NCBI GenBank assembly: GCA_019057865.1
Contig: JAHLWP010000004.1
Span: forward strand, 1-64,000
Direction of reading: 5' to 3'
Source: Promethearchaeota archaeon
GTDB lineage: Archaea > Asgardarchaeota > Lokiarchaeia > Sigyniarchaeales > SOKP01
DNA length: 64,000 nucleotides
In this document: one piece after another, positions 49,613 to 60,168 of the stretch
How positions within the stretch are numbered: position 1 is the first letter of the stretch
Layout of the letters: every line of letters begins with the position of its first letter
Notes under the pieces: generated by a model
Seen by the model: only the letters and a program-made list of their open reading frames with translations
What the model was told of the DNA's origin: nothing
Databases searched by the model: none
Made by a program: the position numbers and the translations under genes

Positions 49613-50812
49613 ATGTGGCATTTTTATTGTCCTAATATAATATATGGTGAAGATGCATTAGATTTCATAGAAAAAGTGAAGGGAGAAAAATGTTTCATTG
49701 TTACAGATAAGGTTATTGAAGAATTAGGTTATCTAAAGTTATTAACAGATAAACTTGACAAAATTGGGAAGAAATATAAAGTGTTCAATGACATAATGCC
49801 AGATCCTCATGAAGAAACTGTTGTAAAGGGTAAAGAACATTGTATCTCTTATGCTCCTGATTTAATTATTGCTTTAGGTGGAGGTTCTGTTATGGATACA
49901 GCAAAAGGAATCTGGGGTTTGTATGAATATCCTGAATATACAATCGATAATATTGATCCATTTAGCGATCAATTATATGATTTTGCGAACAAAGCAAAAA
50001 TGATTGCAATTCCAACTACTTCAGGAACAGGTTCAGAAGTAACATGGGCAGCAATTATTTCTCAATTCCAAAATAATGTTTGGAGGAAGGGTTCATTTGC
50101 TCATATGTCATTAGTCCCTACCTATGCTATAGTGGATCCAGTCTTTCCAAAGGGAATGCCTCCAAAATTAACTGTTAATACAGCATTTGATGCATTAGCC
50201 CACGCTATAGAAGGATATATTTCTAGCTGGAGAAATGAGTTTTCCAATGCTTTAGGTTTAAAGGCAATTGAACTTATATTTAAATACTTACCAATTGCTT
50301 ATAAAGATGGAAATAATATTGAAGCTAGGGACTTATTGCATCAAGCAGCAACAATGGCAGGTTTATCTTTTAGTAATTCTCAAGTTAACTTAGGGCATGC
50401 TATGGGGCATAGCTGCGGAGCTATTTTTTCAATCCATCATGGACAATCAGTTGGTCTTTTTCTTAAATATATTAGTCAATACTGTTTAAATAATCCTTCA
50501 GAACCAAATGAATCTATTGAAATATATTCAACTATTGCAAAAAAGTTAGGTTGGGCTAAATGGGATGATGAACCCAAGAAAGCGGCCTATATTGTTGTAG
50601 AAAAAATTAAGGAACTTCAAGAAAAGGTTGATTTTCCTTCTAACTTAAGAGGACTAGGAATAAGTAGGGAAGATTTTGATAAAAATTTAGATAAATTAAT
50701 AACTCTTTGCTATCAAGATCCCAGTAGTGTAATGGCTCCAAGAACCCCAAATAAAGCAGAATTCGAAAAGCTTTTCAAATACGCTTATGAAGGAAAAGAT
50801 ATTGACTTCTAA
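49613..50812 (+). CDS. Iron-containing alcohol dehydrogenase
   Basis: GGGSVMD, PTTSGTGSE, DALAHAIE, GHAMGH, HHG. Confidence 0.92.
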   Translation: MWHFYCPNIIYGEDALDFIEKVKGEKCFIVTDKVIEELGYLKLLTDKLDKIGKKYKVFNDIMPDPHEETVVKGKEHCISYAPDLIIALGGGSVMDTAKGIWGLYEYPEYTIDNIDPFSDQLYDFANKAKMIAIPTTSGTGSEVTWAAIISQFQNNVWRKGSFAHMSLVPTYAIVDPVFPKGMPPKLTVNTAFDALAHAIEGYISSWRNEFSNALGLKAIELIFKYLPIAYKDGNNIEARDLLHQAATMAGLSFSNSQVNLGHAMGHSCGAIFSIHHGQSVGLFLKYISQYCLNNPSEPNESIEIYSTIAKKLGWAKWDDEPKKAAYIVVEKIKELQEKVDFPSNLRGLGISREDFDKNLDKLITLCYQDPSSVMAPRTPNKAEFEKLFKYAYEGKDIDF

Positions 50813-50991
50813 AATCAACTTTTTTTAACATTTTTTTTAAATACTTTAAATTTATTAACTAGTTTTTGGATAATTTCATTATTTATCTAAAATGTTAAAC
50901 ATAAATATAACGAGTTTATATTATTTTTTTAAAGTGTTTTTAATATAAGAATTGAATCTCAATTCAAATATTAATTTGCAAAGACTAAATT

Positions 50992-52728
50992 ATGATAACC
51001 TTAGAAAACGAAAAAGAAGTATTAGAATCGTTAGGAAAACAAATCAGTAAACCAATTCCAGAAATATCAGAATTAGAACGTTATTCTTTTGGATATTATG
51101 TAGAAAATGAACATATAAAGGGTTTAAGTCTTTTTTCTTGTGGATTATCAATAATTCCGAAAGAAATTGAGCTGTTAACTTCACTTAAAGAAATTTACTT
51201 AAGGGGAAACAAATTAACTACTCTACCTGAAGAATTATATTTACTTAAATCCCTCGAGATATTAGATTTAAGTGAAAATCGATTAACAGAACTGCCATCA
51301 TCTATCATTTCACTTTCTTCACTTAAAGAATTACATTTAGAATCTAACCACTTAGTCAATCTACCTGACAATATTGGCGAACTACACGATCTTGAGCTCT
51401 TGGATCTTAGCGAGAATAAGTTAAATTATATACCAGAATCTTTAGGTTCATTAACAAATTTAAAAACCTTAGATTTAAGTGGTAATGAAATAAATAAGCT
51501 TCCAGATTCAATAGGATTTCTTGCTTCTTTAGAAATCCTTTATCTAGGCAATAATGAACTAACTATACTCCCAGAATCATTTAGTTCGCTTAAATCACTA
51601 AAGCGATTAAATTTAAGAAATAATAAATTGAATAAACTTCCCGAGACAATAGGCAATTTATCTTCCTTATCATCTCTTTTTTTAAGAGGAAATTGTTTAG
51701 ATAATTTACCAAAGTCCATTGGGTTATTGAATAATTTAATATATTTAGGAATAGCATCAAATAAATTAACTTCACTTCCTGATCCTGAAATTGGTTTGCT
51801 TTCTTCATTAGAAAATTTGAATTTATCATCTAATAATTTAAATTTACTTCCAAATTCAATAGGGAATCTTAAAAATTTACTTAGACTTGAAATTTCGGAC
51901 AATAAACTAAAAAACCTTCCAGAATCAATTGGAGGGTTGTCTTCACTCAAAATATTAAGATGTAATAGAAACAATTTAACAGAACTCCCAGAATCAATCG
52001 GAAATTTGACTTTATTAGAATCATTAAAAATTGATGTCAATAATTTAAATGAACTTCCTTCATCAATTGGTCAATTGAAGTATTTAAAAGAACTGGATTT
52101 GTATGATAATAAATTGGAGAGATTGTCAGAATACATAGGTTCATTAACATCACTTGAAATACTGGATCTGAGTAAAAATGAATTAAAAAGCATTCCATCA
52201 TCAATTAGCTCATTAAATAATCTATTAGAATTAGATTTGTCAACCAATAAGTTAGAAAATCTTGTTTCTTCAATAGGATCTTTATCACAACTAAAAAATC
52301 TAATTCTAGGATTTAATCGGTTAAAAGAAATTCCTAAATCTATTGGATTCCTCACCTCCTTAGAGGTTCTAGATTTAGGGAAGAATCATTTAATATCAAT
52401 TCCAGAATCAATTGGATCATTAACTTCACTTAAACATTTATATTTATATTATAATGAGTTAGAGACTATACCAGATTCCATTGGGTCATTACAATCTTTA
52501 AAATACCTCTATCTAGGTAATAACAATTTAACTGTCATTCCAGAATCCATAGGGTTCTTGAAGAATTTGAAATATTTATTTGTGAGAGCGAATAATTTGA
52601 CTACATTACCAATTTCATTGGATTCCTTAACATCACTTAAACATTTAAACATAGAAAAAAATAGCTTAAAAGGATATTTAGATTTGTTAGATAAATTAGA
52701 ATTACGTGGTATTAAGATTTTTAAATGA
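50992..52728 (+). CDS. Leucine-rich repeat protein (about 22-23 repeats of 23 aa)
   Basis: Consensus LxxLxxLxLxxNxLxxLPxSIGx throughout. Confidence 0.95.
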   Translation: MITLENEKEVLESLGKQISKPIPEISELERYSFGYYVENEHIKGLSLFSCGLSIIPKEIELLTSLKEIYLRGNKLTTLPEELYLLKSLEILDLSENRLTELPSSIISLSSLKELHLESNHLVNLPDNIGELHDLELLDLSENKLNYIPESLGSLTNLKTLDLSGNEINKLPDSIGFLASLEILYLGNNELTILPESFSSLKSLKRLNLRNNKLNKLPETIGNLSSLSSLFLRGNCLDNLPKSIGLLNNLIYLGIASNKLTSLPDPEIGLLSSLENLNLSSNNLNLLPNSIGNLKNLLRLEISDNKLKNLPESIGGLSSLKILRCNRNNLTELPESIGNLTLLESLKIDVNNLNELPSSIGQLKYLKELDLYDNKLERLSEYIGSLTSLEILDLSKNELKSIPSSISSLNNLLELDLSTNKLENLVSSIGSLSQLKNLILGFNRLKEIPKSIGFLTSLEVLDLGKNHLISIPESIGSLTSLKHLYLYYNELETIPDSIGSLQSLKYLYLGNNNLTVIPESIGFLKNLKYLFVRANNLTTLPISLDSLTSLKHLNIEKNSLKGYLDLLDKLELRGIKIFK

Positions 52729-52868
52729 TATAAATCGTTAAAACAAGAACTAATTTTCTAAAAAATTGTTTATAATCTTAAAAGGTAAAATAGCTATCTT
52801 ATTGATTTCTACTCTTTTAACCACTTTATTTATTTAGAACTCTAAAAATCATATAATTTAAATATTAA

Positions 52869-54908
52869 ATGAAGTTAGTTAAAAGTATGGATATTTCAAA
52901 AGCCATGAAAATTAAATTGCCTAAGGAGCTCCCATCATATCCCAAATTCGTCGAAGGAATAAGACGTGCACCTTCAAGAGGTTATGCACTTAATCAAACC
53001 CAAACAAAACTAGCTTTAAAGAATGCTCTTAGATATGTCCATCCATCCTTACATGAAAAGATTGCCCCAGAATTTCTGGAAGAATTAATTACACGAGGAA
53101 GAATATATGGTTACAGATTCAGACTTGAAGGAAATATAAAAGCAAAACCTATAGATAAATATAAGGGTAATATTCTTGAAGGTAAAGCTTTGCAAGTTAT
53201 GATAGATAATAATCTCGATTTTGATGTGGCTCTTTACCCTTATGAGTTAGTTACTTATGGAGAAAGTGGGCAAGTTTTCCAAAATTGGATGCAATATTGT
53301 CTTGTTAAAATGTATCTTGAGCAAATTACTGATAAACAGACTTTAGTCATTTCATCTGGACATCCAGTTGGACTCTTTCCAACTTCACCATTAGCTCCCA
53401 GGGTAATTTCTACTAATGGATTAATGGTTGGTTTATTTGACAATCCAAATGATTTTACGGTTGCTGCTGCTCTAGGTGTAGCAAATTATGGCCAAATGAC
53501 GGCAGGAGGATGGATGTATATTGGTCCACAAGGAATAGTCCATGGTACATATATTACATTATTGAACGCCGGAAGATTATATCTTAATATTCCTCAAGAT
53601 AAAGATTTAAGAGGTATTTTATATGTAACATCTGGTCTAGGAGGTATGAGTGGTGCCCAAGCTAAAGCAATAGAAATTGCGGGGGGTATAGGTGTCATTG
53701 CTGAAGTTGATGAGTCCAGGATTAAAACAAGGTATGAGCAAGGATGGGTTTCAAAGATTTCTGAAAATTTAGATGAAATTTTTGCTTGGGTTGAGGATGC
53801 TAGAAAATCTGGTAGAGTACTGTCTATTGCATATAATGGGAATGTTGTAAATTTATGGAAATATATAGTAGACAATAATATTCAAGTAGAGCTTGCTTCA
53901 GATCAAACATCTTGCCATGCTGTCTATGAGGGAGGTTATACACCATATCAAATCAGTTTTAATGAAGGAAGAGAACTGATTAAATCAAATATTGATAGAT
54001 TTAAGCAATTAGTAGATGAGTCCTTACGAGAACAGTTTAAACTCATCAAAACTATGACAGAAAGAGGTACTCGCTTCTGGGATTATGGTAATTCTTTTAT
54101 GAAAGCTGTATTTGATGCTGGTGTAAAAGAAATTGCAAAAAATGTGGATAATACTTCTGAAGGATTTATTTTTCCATCATATGTTGAAGATATTATGGGT
54201 CCTATATGCTTCGATTTTGGATATGGTCCTTTTCGATGGGTATGTCTTTCAGGAAAAGAGGAAGATTTAGATAAGACTGATCAAACTGCAATGAGCTGTA
54301 TAAATCCTGAATTGCGAGCTCAAGATAGAGATAATTACTCTTGGATTCGAGATGCTAAAAAAAATCAACTTGTTGTTGGAACAAAAGCAAGAATATTATA
54401 TGCTGATGGTAAAGAACGAATTAGTATTGCTCTAAAATTTAATAATTTAGTAAAGAAAGGAGAAATTGGACCAATAATGCTTGGTAGAGATCATCATGAT
54501 GTTTCAGGAACTGACTCACCTTTTAGAGAAACTTCCAATATTAAAGATGGCAGTAATATAATGGCAGAAATGGCAGTCCATTGTTTTGCAGGTAATGCAA
54601 TTAGAGGTATGACATATGTTGTACTCTCTAATGGTGGAGGTGTTGGAATTGGGAAATGTTTCAATGGTGGTTTTGGTCTAGTATTAGATGGTTCTGAAAG
54701 GGTAGATAATATAATTAAAAATGCTATGGAATGGGACGTAATGGGAGGAATAGCTCGCCGAAGTTGGGCTAGGAATCCAAATGCTTTTGAAACAGCTTAT
54801 AATTGGAATATTGAAAATGAAGAAAAAGGACATATAACATTACCATTTATAGCAGAAGATAAGTTATTGGATAATATTGTAGATAATTATTTGAAAAAGA
54901 TTAAATAA
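52869..54908 (+). CDS. hutU: Urocanate hydratase (long form)
   Basis: YGQMTAGGWMYIGPQG, GLGGMSGAQ, SDQTSCH, GPFRW, GRDHHD, SPFRETS. Confidence 0.95.
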   Translation: MKLVKSMDISKAMKIKLPKELPSYPKFVEGIRRAPSRGYALNQTQTKLALKNALRYVHPSLHEKIAPEFLEELITRGRIYGYRFRLEGNIKAKPIDKYKGNILEGKALQVMIDNNLDFDVALYPYELVTYGESGQVFQNWMQYCLVKMYLEQITDKQTLVISSGHPVGLFPTSPLAPRVISTNGLMVGLFDNPNDFTVAAALGVANYGQMTAGGWMYIGPQGIVHGTYITLLNAGRLYLNIPQDKDLRGILYVTSGLGGMSGAQAKAIEIAGGIGVIAEVDESRIKTRYEQGWVSKISENLDEIFAWVEDARKSGRVLSIAYNGNVVNLWKYIVDNNIQVELASDQTSCHAVYEGGYTPYQISFNEGRELIKSNIDRFKQLVDESLREQFKLIKTMTERGTRFWDYGNSFMKAVFDAGVKEIAKNVDNTSEGFIFPSYVEDIMGPICFDFGYGPFRWVCLSGKEEDLDKTDQTAMSCINPELRAQDRDNYSWIRDAKKNQLVVGTKARILYADGKERISIALKFNNLVKKGEIGPIMLGRDHHDVSGTDSPFRETSNIKDGSNIMAEMAVHCFAGNAIRGMTYVVLSNGGGVGIGKCFNGGFGLVLDGSERVDNIIKNAMEWDVMGGIARRSWARNPNAFETAYNWNIENEEKGHITLPFIAEDKLLDNIVDNYLKKIK

Positions 54909-54934
54909 TATAAAATTTTGAGGAATGATTCAAT

Positions 54935-56461
54935 ATGGGTAATAATTTTAGATATGGTTTAGATAAATTAACAGTTGATATAGCCTTAGCTTTAGCTAAA
55001 GATAACATAAAAGGGATAGTTGTAGATGATATAAAAACTAAAATTATAAGAAGCTTTAATGCTGTATTATCTATTTCAAGAGGAGATAAGTTAGTTTATA
55101 GCATAAATACTGGAATTGGGTCATTGTGCACTACTAAAATTTCAACCGAAGAAACTAGAAAATTGCAAGAGAATCTTCTTAAAAGTCATAGTGTAGGCGT
55201 AGGTTCGCCAATTGATCAAGAAATAGCCAAATTAATGCTTATCCTCAAAGTTCATACTTTATGTAAAGGATATTCTGGAGTATCATTAGATTTAATAGAA
55301 AGAATATGTTGGCATATTGAAAATAATTACATACCGCTTGTACCTGAACAAGGCTCAGTAGGAGCCTCTGGAGATCTTGCACCCTTAGCACATTTATTTC
55401 TACCATTAATTGGTTTAGGACATGTTTCCAAAGATGGTAAGAAGTATACTCCTATGAAGGAAATTTTAATACAAAATAATATGAAACCTCTTAAACTAAA
55501 TGCAAAAGAAGGCATAGCTTTAATCAATGGTACTCAATTCATAACGGCTCATGCAATCAAGGCTTCTGAAAAATTTCTTAATTGTTTAGAACATGCCGAT
55601 ATTATTGGTGCTTTAACTTTAGAAGCTTATTTAGGTTCACCACAACCTTTTGATAAGAGATTAATTATGTTAAGACCTCATAAAGGAGCTATAATTGTGG
55701 CTGATAAATTTAGAGAATTTTTAAAAAACTCTCAATATGTTGAATCTCATAAAGATTGTGGACGTGTTCAAGATCCATATTCAATTCGATGCATACCCCA
55801 AGTCCATGGTGCTTCTAGAGACGCCTTATCTCATCTCAATGAAAAATTGTTATGTGAATTAAATTCCGTTACTGATAATCCTATAATTTTTAGTGAAAAT
55901 GATACTGTAAGTGGAGGAAATTTTCATGGTCAACCACTTGCTCTACCTTTAGATTATATAAGTTTAGCTGCTTCTGAGCTAGGAAATATTTCTGATCGTA
56001 GGACATATCTCCTATTAGAAGGAAAGTGGGGTTTACCAGCATATCTTATTGAAAGTTCTGGATTAAATTCAGGTTTCATGCTTGCTCAGTATTGTTCAGC
56101 GGCTCTTGTAAGTGAAAATAAATCATCCTGTTTTCCAGCTAGTGCTGATAGTATACCTACATCTATAGGACAAGAAGATCACGTAAGTATGGGACCAATT
56201 AGTGCTAGAAAGGCTCTTCAAATAATTGAAAATCTTGAAAAAATTCTATCTATAGAATTGTTATGTGCTGCTCAAGCTTTTGATTTTAGAAGACCCTTAA
56301 AATCGAGTCGAGTATTAGAGGCTTGTCATAAATTTATACGTTCAAAAATACACCATTTAACTGAAGATATGGTTTTATCTGAATTTATTGAATCTGCCCA
56401 TGAAATAATTAAAAGTAAGGAATTAATAAAAATCATCCAAAGCCAGATAGAGGGGAATTGA
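54935..56461 (+). CDS. hutH: Histidine ammonia-lyase
   Basis: GSVGASGDLAPL (MIO), INGTQ, VQDPYSIRC, GGNFHG, QEDHVSMG. Confidence 0.95.
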   Translation: MGNNFRYGLDKLTVDIALALAKDNIKGIVVDDIKTKIIRSFNAVLSISRGDKLVYSINTGIGSLCTTKISTEETRKLQENLLKSHSVGVGSPIDQEIAKLMLILKVHTLCKGYSGVSLDLIERICWHIENNYIPLVPEQGSVGASGDLAPLAHLFLPLIGLGHVSKDGKKYTPMKEILIQNNMKPLKLNAKEGIALINGTQFITAHAIKASEKFLNCLEHADIIGALTLEAYLGSPQPFDKRLIMLRPHKGAIIVADKFREFLKNSQYVESHKDCGRVQDPYSIRCIPQVHGASRDALSHLNEKLLCELNSVTDNPIIFSENDTVSGGNFHGQPLALPLDYISLAASELGNISDRRTYLLLEGKWGLPAYLIESSGLNSGFMLAQYCSAALVSENKSSCFPASADSIPTSIGQEDHVSMGPISARKALQIIENLEKILSIELLCAAQAFDFRRPLKSSRVLEACHKFIRSKIHHLTEDMVLSEFIESAHEIIKSKELIKIIQSQIEGN

Positions 56462-56462
56462 T

Positions 56463-57770
56463 TTGTTTGTATCGTCAACTTATAAAAAAAAATTAATTAA
56501 ACAAGAAGATAATCCCGATCTGGTGATATTTAATGCTAACGAACTCATTACTATGAATACTAAATTTGGTGCTCCAAGAATAGGCAAAAATATGTCTGAG
56601 TTGTCAATCATTGATAATGGGGCAATAGGAATAAAAAATGATAGAATTATATACGTGGGAACTACTGATGAATTAATATCGAAATTTTCTCTCAATGAAA
56701 TAAAGACAAAGATTGATGCTAAAAATAAGTTAGTTACACCTGGATTTGTAGATCCTCATACCCATATAATTTTTGATGGTTCAAGAGAAAATGAATTACA
56801 AATGAAGCTTGATGGAAAGTCTTATCTTGAAATACTCCAAGCGGGAGGCGGCATATTAAAAACAGTTCGCGAAACCAGAAAAGCTTCTTTAGAAAAACTA
56901 GTAGAAAATGGTAAAAAAATTTTAGATAGGATGATGAATTATGGCACAACTACAGTCGAAGCTAAGTCTGGTTATGGTCTAAGTACTGAAAGTGAATTAA
57001 AGATATTAAAAGCACTACACATATTAAATGAGGAACATCCCTTAGATATTGTGTCAACTTTTTTAGGTGCTCATGCAATCCCTTTAGAATATAAAGATAA
57101 ACCTGACGATTATGTAGAGTTAATCATTTCAGATATGATACCTAAAATAGTTAAAGAGGGTCTTGCTGAATTTTGTGATGTATTTTGTGAAAAGGGAATC
57201 TTTTCAATTGAACACTCAAGAAAAATTTTAAAAACGGCATTGAGATATGGCTTAAAACCTCAAATTCATATTGATGAAATTGCTGATACTAATGGTGCTT
57301 TACTTGCAGCAGAATTAAAAGCGATTCAAACAGGCCATTTGTTAAAATCAAATGATAATGGATTAAAAGCAATGGCAGAAGCGGGAGTTATTGCTACACT
57401 TTTACCAGGAACTCCTTTTTGTTTAATGCTAAAAGAATATGCCCCTGCAAGAAAAATGATAGAATTAGAGATACCTATCGCGCTTGCTACTGATCTTAAT
57501 CCAAATTGCTGGACAGAATCAATGCAAATGATCATGACATTAGCGTGTTATAATATGAAACTATCACCAGCAGAGGCACTGACAGCTGCTACAATTAATA
57601 GTGCATGTGCAATTGATAGGCAAGATGAAATAGGAAGTATTGAAGTTGGAAAAAAAGCAGATATAGTAATTTTTGATGTTCCAAATTATAATTTTTTACC
57701 CTATCAATTCGGTGTAAATTTAGTATCTAAGGTAATTAAAAGTGGTAAAATTTTAATTAATAATGATTAA
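56463..57770 (+). CDS. hutI: Imidazolonepropionase
   Basis: PGFVDPHTH, GGGIL, EAKSGYGL, DVFCE, ATDLNP. Confidence 0.95.
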   Translation: MFVSSTYKKKLIKQEDNPDLVIFNANELITMNTKFGAPRIGKNMSELSIIDNGAIGIKNDRIIYVGTTDELISKFSLNEIKTKIDAKNKLVTPGFVDPHTHIIFDGSRENELQMKLDGKSYLEILQAGGGILKTVRETRKASLEKLVENGKKILDRMMNYGTTTVEAKSGYGLSTESELKILKALHILNEEHPLDIVSTFLGAHAIPLEYKDKPDDYVELIISDMIPKIVKEGLAEFCDVFCEKGIFSIEHSRKILKTALRYGLKPQIHIDEIADTNGALLAAELKAIQTGHLLKSNDNGLKAMAEAGVIATLLPGTPFCLMLKEYAPARKMIELEIPIALATDLNPNCWTESMQMIMTLACYNMKLSPAEALTAATINSACAIDRQDEIGSIEVGKKADIVIFDVPNYNFLPYQFGVNLVSKVIKSGKILINND

Positions 57771-57777
57771 CCAAGTT

Positions 57778-58695
57778 TTAAAAATCAAAATAATACTCTA
57801 ATAGATGCTTCTCTTCTAATTTTTCTGGTTTTTCCAATTGTAAGTAATATTCTAAAGAGTTTAGCACAGCATCTAACGGTAATACGCCAATTAATTCAGA
57901 TCCAATAACAGGAACACCATACCGGGCAGCCTCGATTTTTACAAGTTCCATTTGTCTATAAAGAGGTGTTTTTCTATAATTGATATTACTAATCCCTATC
58001 TGTACATAATCTCGTTCTGCTAATTCAGTACCCATTGCTTTAATATTGGCTAGTCCACCTGAACGTAAATGAACTGCTTTTGCTACTTTTTTAGCAACTT
58101 TAATATCATTTGTTCCAAGATTAATATTGAAGCTAATCAATGGATATCTAGCACCTGTTATTATTGCTCCCGCTGTTGGATGTAATTCAGATGGACCAAA
58201 ATCAGGTTTACGATTTGAATCGGTTTTGATTGCTTCTTTTAATCCTTCATATTCACCAACTCGAATATTATCGATGTTCTTTCTTTCCATTTTACGTGCC
58301 GATTCTTCATAAAGATATACTGGTATCCCTTCTTTTGCCATAGCTTTACCAAATTTTATTGAGATCTCAATACACTCTTCTATAGACACATTTTGAGCAG
58401 GTACAAACGACACTACATCTATGGCTCCAATTCGAGGGTGCTGTCCTTTATGCGTATTCATATCAATTAGAGTAATAGCTTTTTTAGCAGCAGCAATATT
58501 CGCTTCTAAAACAGTTTCAGGCGTGCCAACAAAGGTAATAACAGCTCTATTGTAATCAGAATCATATTGAATATCCACAATACGAGTGTTCTGTGTATTT
58601 TTAATTTCGGAAACAATTTGTTCAATTTTATCTCCATCTGTTCCTTCACTAAAATTAGGAACGGATTCTACAATTTTCTTTTTTCTACTTTCCAT
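57778..58695 (-). CDS. ftcd: Glutamate formiminotransferase (no cyclodeaminase domain)
   Basis: ESVPNFSEG, HKGQHPRIGAIDV, PVYLY, PDFGP, GAR, GSELIG. Confidence 0.92.
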   Translation of the reverse strand: MESRKKKIVESVPNFSEGTDGDKIEQIVSEIKNTQNTRIVDIQYDSDYNRAVITFVGTPETVLEANIAAAKKAITLIDMNTHKGQHPRIGAIDVVSFVPAQNVSIEECIEISIKFGKAMAKEGIPVYLYEESARKMERKNIDNIRVGEYEGLKEAIKTDSNRKPDFGPSELHPTAGAIITGARYPLISFNINLGTNDIKVAKKVAKAVHLRSGGLANIKAMGTELAERDYVQIGISNINYRKTPLYRQMELVKIEAARYGVPVIGSELIGVLPLDAVLNSLEYYLQLEKPEKLEEKHLLEYYFDF

Positions 58696-58773
58696 ATAAA
58701 TTACCTTAATAAGTATGTTCTAATTTGAATGATTAATAATATATTTATGAAAATATGAAATTAAACTTTATAT

Positions 58774-60036
58774 TTATAATGAATATTTTTTTTTCTTATA
58801 GGTTTCATCAGTAAAAACAAAGATTTTATCCTGCCCCCCGCCAGTCGGAGTGTCTTTTACTTTTAATTTAATTGTAACTTTTTTAATTTTTGTCCCTCTT
58901 GGGGACTTCTTGACCATTTTTCCTTGATATTTCATTTCATTAGCATGCTGGTGAATGTAAGTATCTGTGTTTTTACTCATAATAATTAAATCATGACTAT
59001 TAGAGAGGTAACCATTATATAATGTAACAATGGCATATCCAGTATTTTGATTAAATTCTTCAATTTGTCCTACTTCAATATATCTAAAATGAGATAAGTT
59101 CGCTGGAGATTTATGTTGATGATCTTCTTCAGTTACCCTTTTAAAATAGAATCCTGGAGTAAATCCTCTATTATAGACTTTCTTTAATTCAGTAACCCAT
59201 CTACCAACTTTTTTTTTTTTAAATGTGCCGTTGTAGTATGCTTCAATTGCTTCTCGATATGTTTTAGCAACAATTTCTACATAATGTGGGTGTCTCATTC
59301 TCCCCTCAATTTTAAAAGCGTCAATTTTCGCTTCTATTAAATTAGGTATATAAGCGATAGTACATAAATCTCTTGAATTCATAAATCTAACGCCATTATA
59401 AATATACTCATTTCCTGATTCTTCCCGCACCCACCATCTTCTACGACATGGTTGTTCACAATTACCTCGATTAGCAGATTTTTCTTCAGTTCCGCAAATG
59501 TCTTGAGAAAAATAGCATCTACCACTTACTGAAGCACACATTGCTCCATGAATAAACGTTTCGACTTTAGTGTATTCTAGATTTCTTTTTATTTCCTTGA
59601 TTTTTTCTAAGGATAATTCTCTAGCTAAAATTATACGTTCAGCACCTAACTTTTCATAGAATCTAGCCGATAAAGAGTTAGATACATTACATTGTGTTGA
59701 AATATGAAATGGTATATTGAATTCTTTTGCAACTTGTATTGCTGCTAAATCGTGAACTATTATAGCATCAATACCAGCTTCCTTACTTTTTTCAATAATG
59801 TTCCGAAGATGACTTATTTCATTGTCGTAAACTAATATATTTGTAGCTAGATATGTTTTAATATCATTCTTTTGGCTAAAATCAACGACTTTATATAGAT
59901 CTTCTAAAGCAATATTCTCAGATCTCATTCGCATGTTAAACTTTTCAATTCCAAAATAAACTGAATCTGCGAATTGTGATGCTGCCTTTATTGCTTTAAA
60001 ATTTTTAGCAGGTGCGAGTAATTCTACTTTTTTCAT
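58774..60036 (-). CDS. Peptidase U32-family Fe-S protein (RNA hydroxylation type)
   Basis: ELLAPA, HISTQ, LAREL, HGAMCASVSGRC, NRGNCEQPCR, KIEGR; likely ATG at 60036. Confidence 0.9.
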   Translation of the reverse strand: MKKVELLAPAKNFKAIKAASQFADSVYFGIEKFNMRMRSENIALEDLYKVVDFSQKNDIKTYLATNILVYDNEISHLRNIIEKSKEAGIDAIIVHDLAAIQVAKEFNIPFHISTQCNVSNSLSARFYEKLGAERIILARELSLEKIKEIKRNLEYTKVETFIHGAMCASVSGRCYFSQDICGTEEKSANRGNCEQPCRRRWWVREESGNEYIYNGVRFMNSRDLCTIAYIPNLIEAKIDAFKIEGRMRHPHYVEIVAKTYREAIEAYYNGTFKKKKVGRWVTELKKVYNRGFTPGFYFKRVTEEDHQHKSPANLSHFRYIEVGQIEEFNQNTGYAIVTLYNGYLSNSHDLIIMSKNTDTYIHQHANEMKYQGKMVKKSPRGTKIKKVTIKLKVKDTPTGGGQDKIFVFTDETYKKKKYSL

Positions 60037-60168
60037 CTTTCTGTAAATATAAGGTATTTTCATTTTTATTTTATGACTAAATTCGTAAAAATAATATCAC
60101 ATTTTTTAAAAAAGTAAATTGATTTATAAAAAACTTTAAGAAAAAGCGTTTATTTTGAATTTCAATTT

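Noticed and set aside
50992-52728. 69-bp periodicity as CRISPR or DNA repeat
   Set aside because: Protein-level LRR repeats with divergent codons; no identical repeat-spacer pattern
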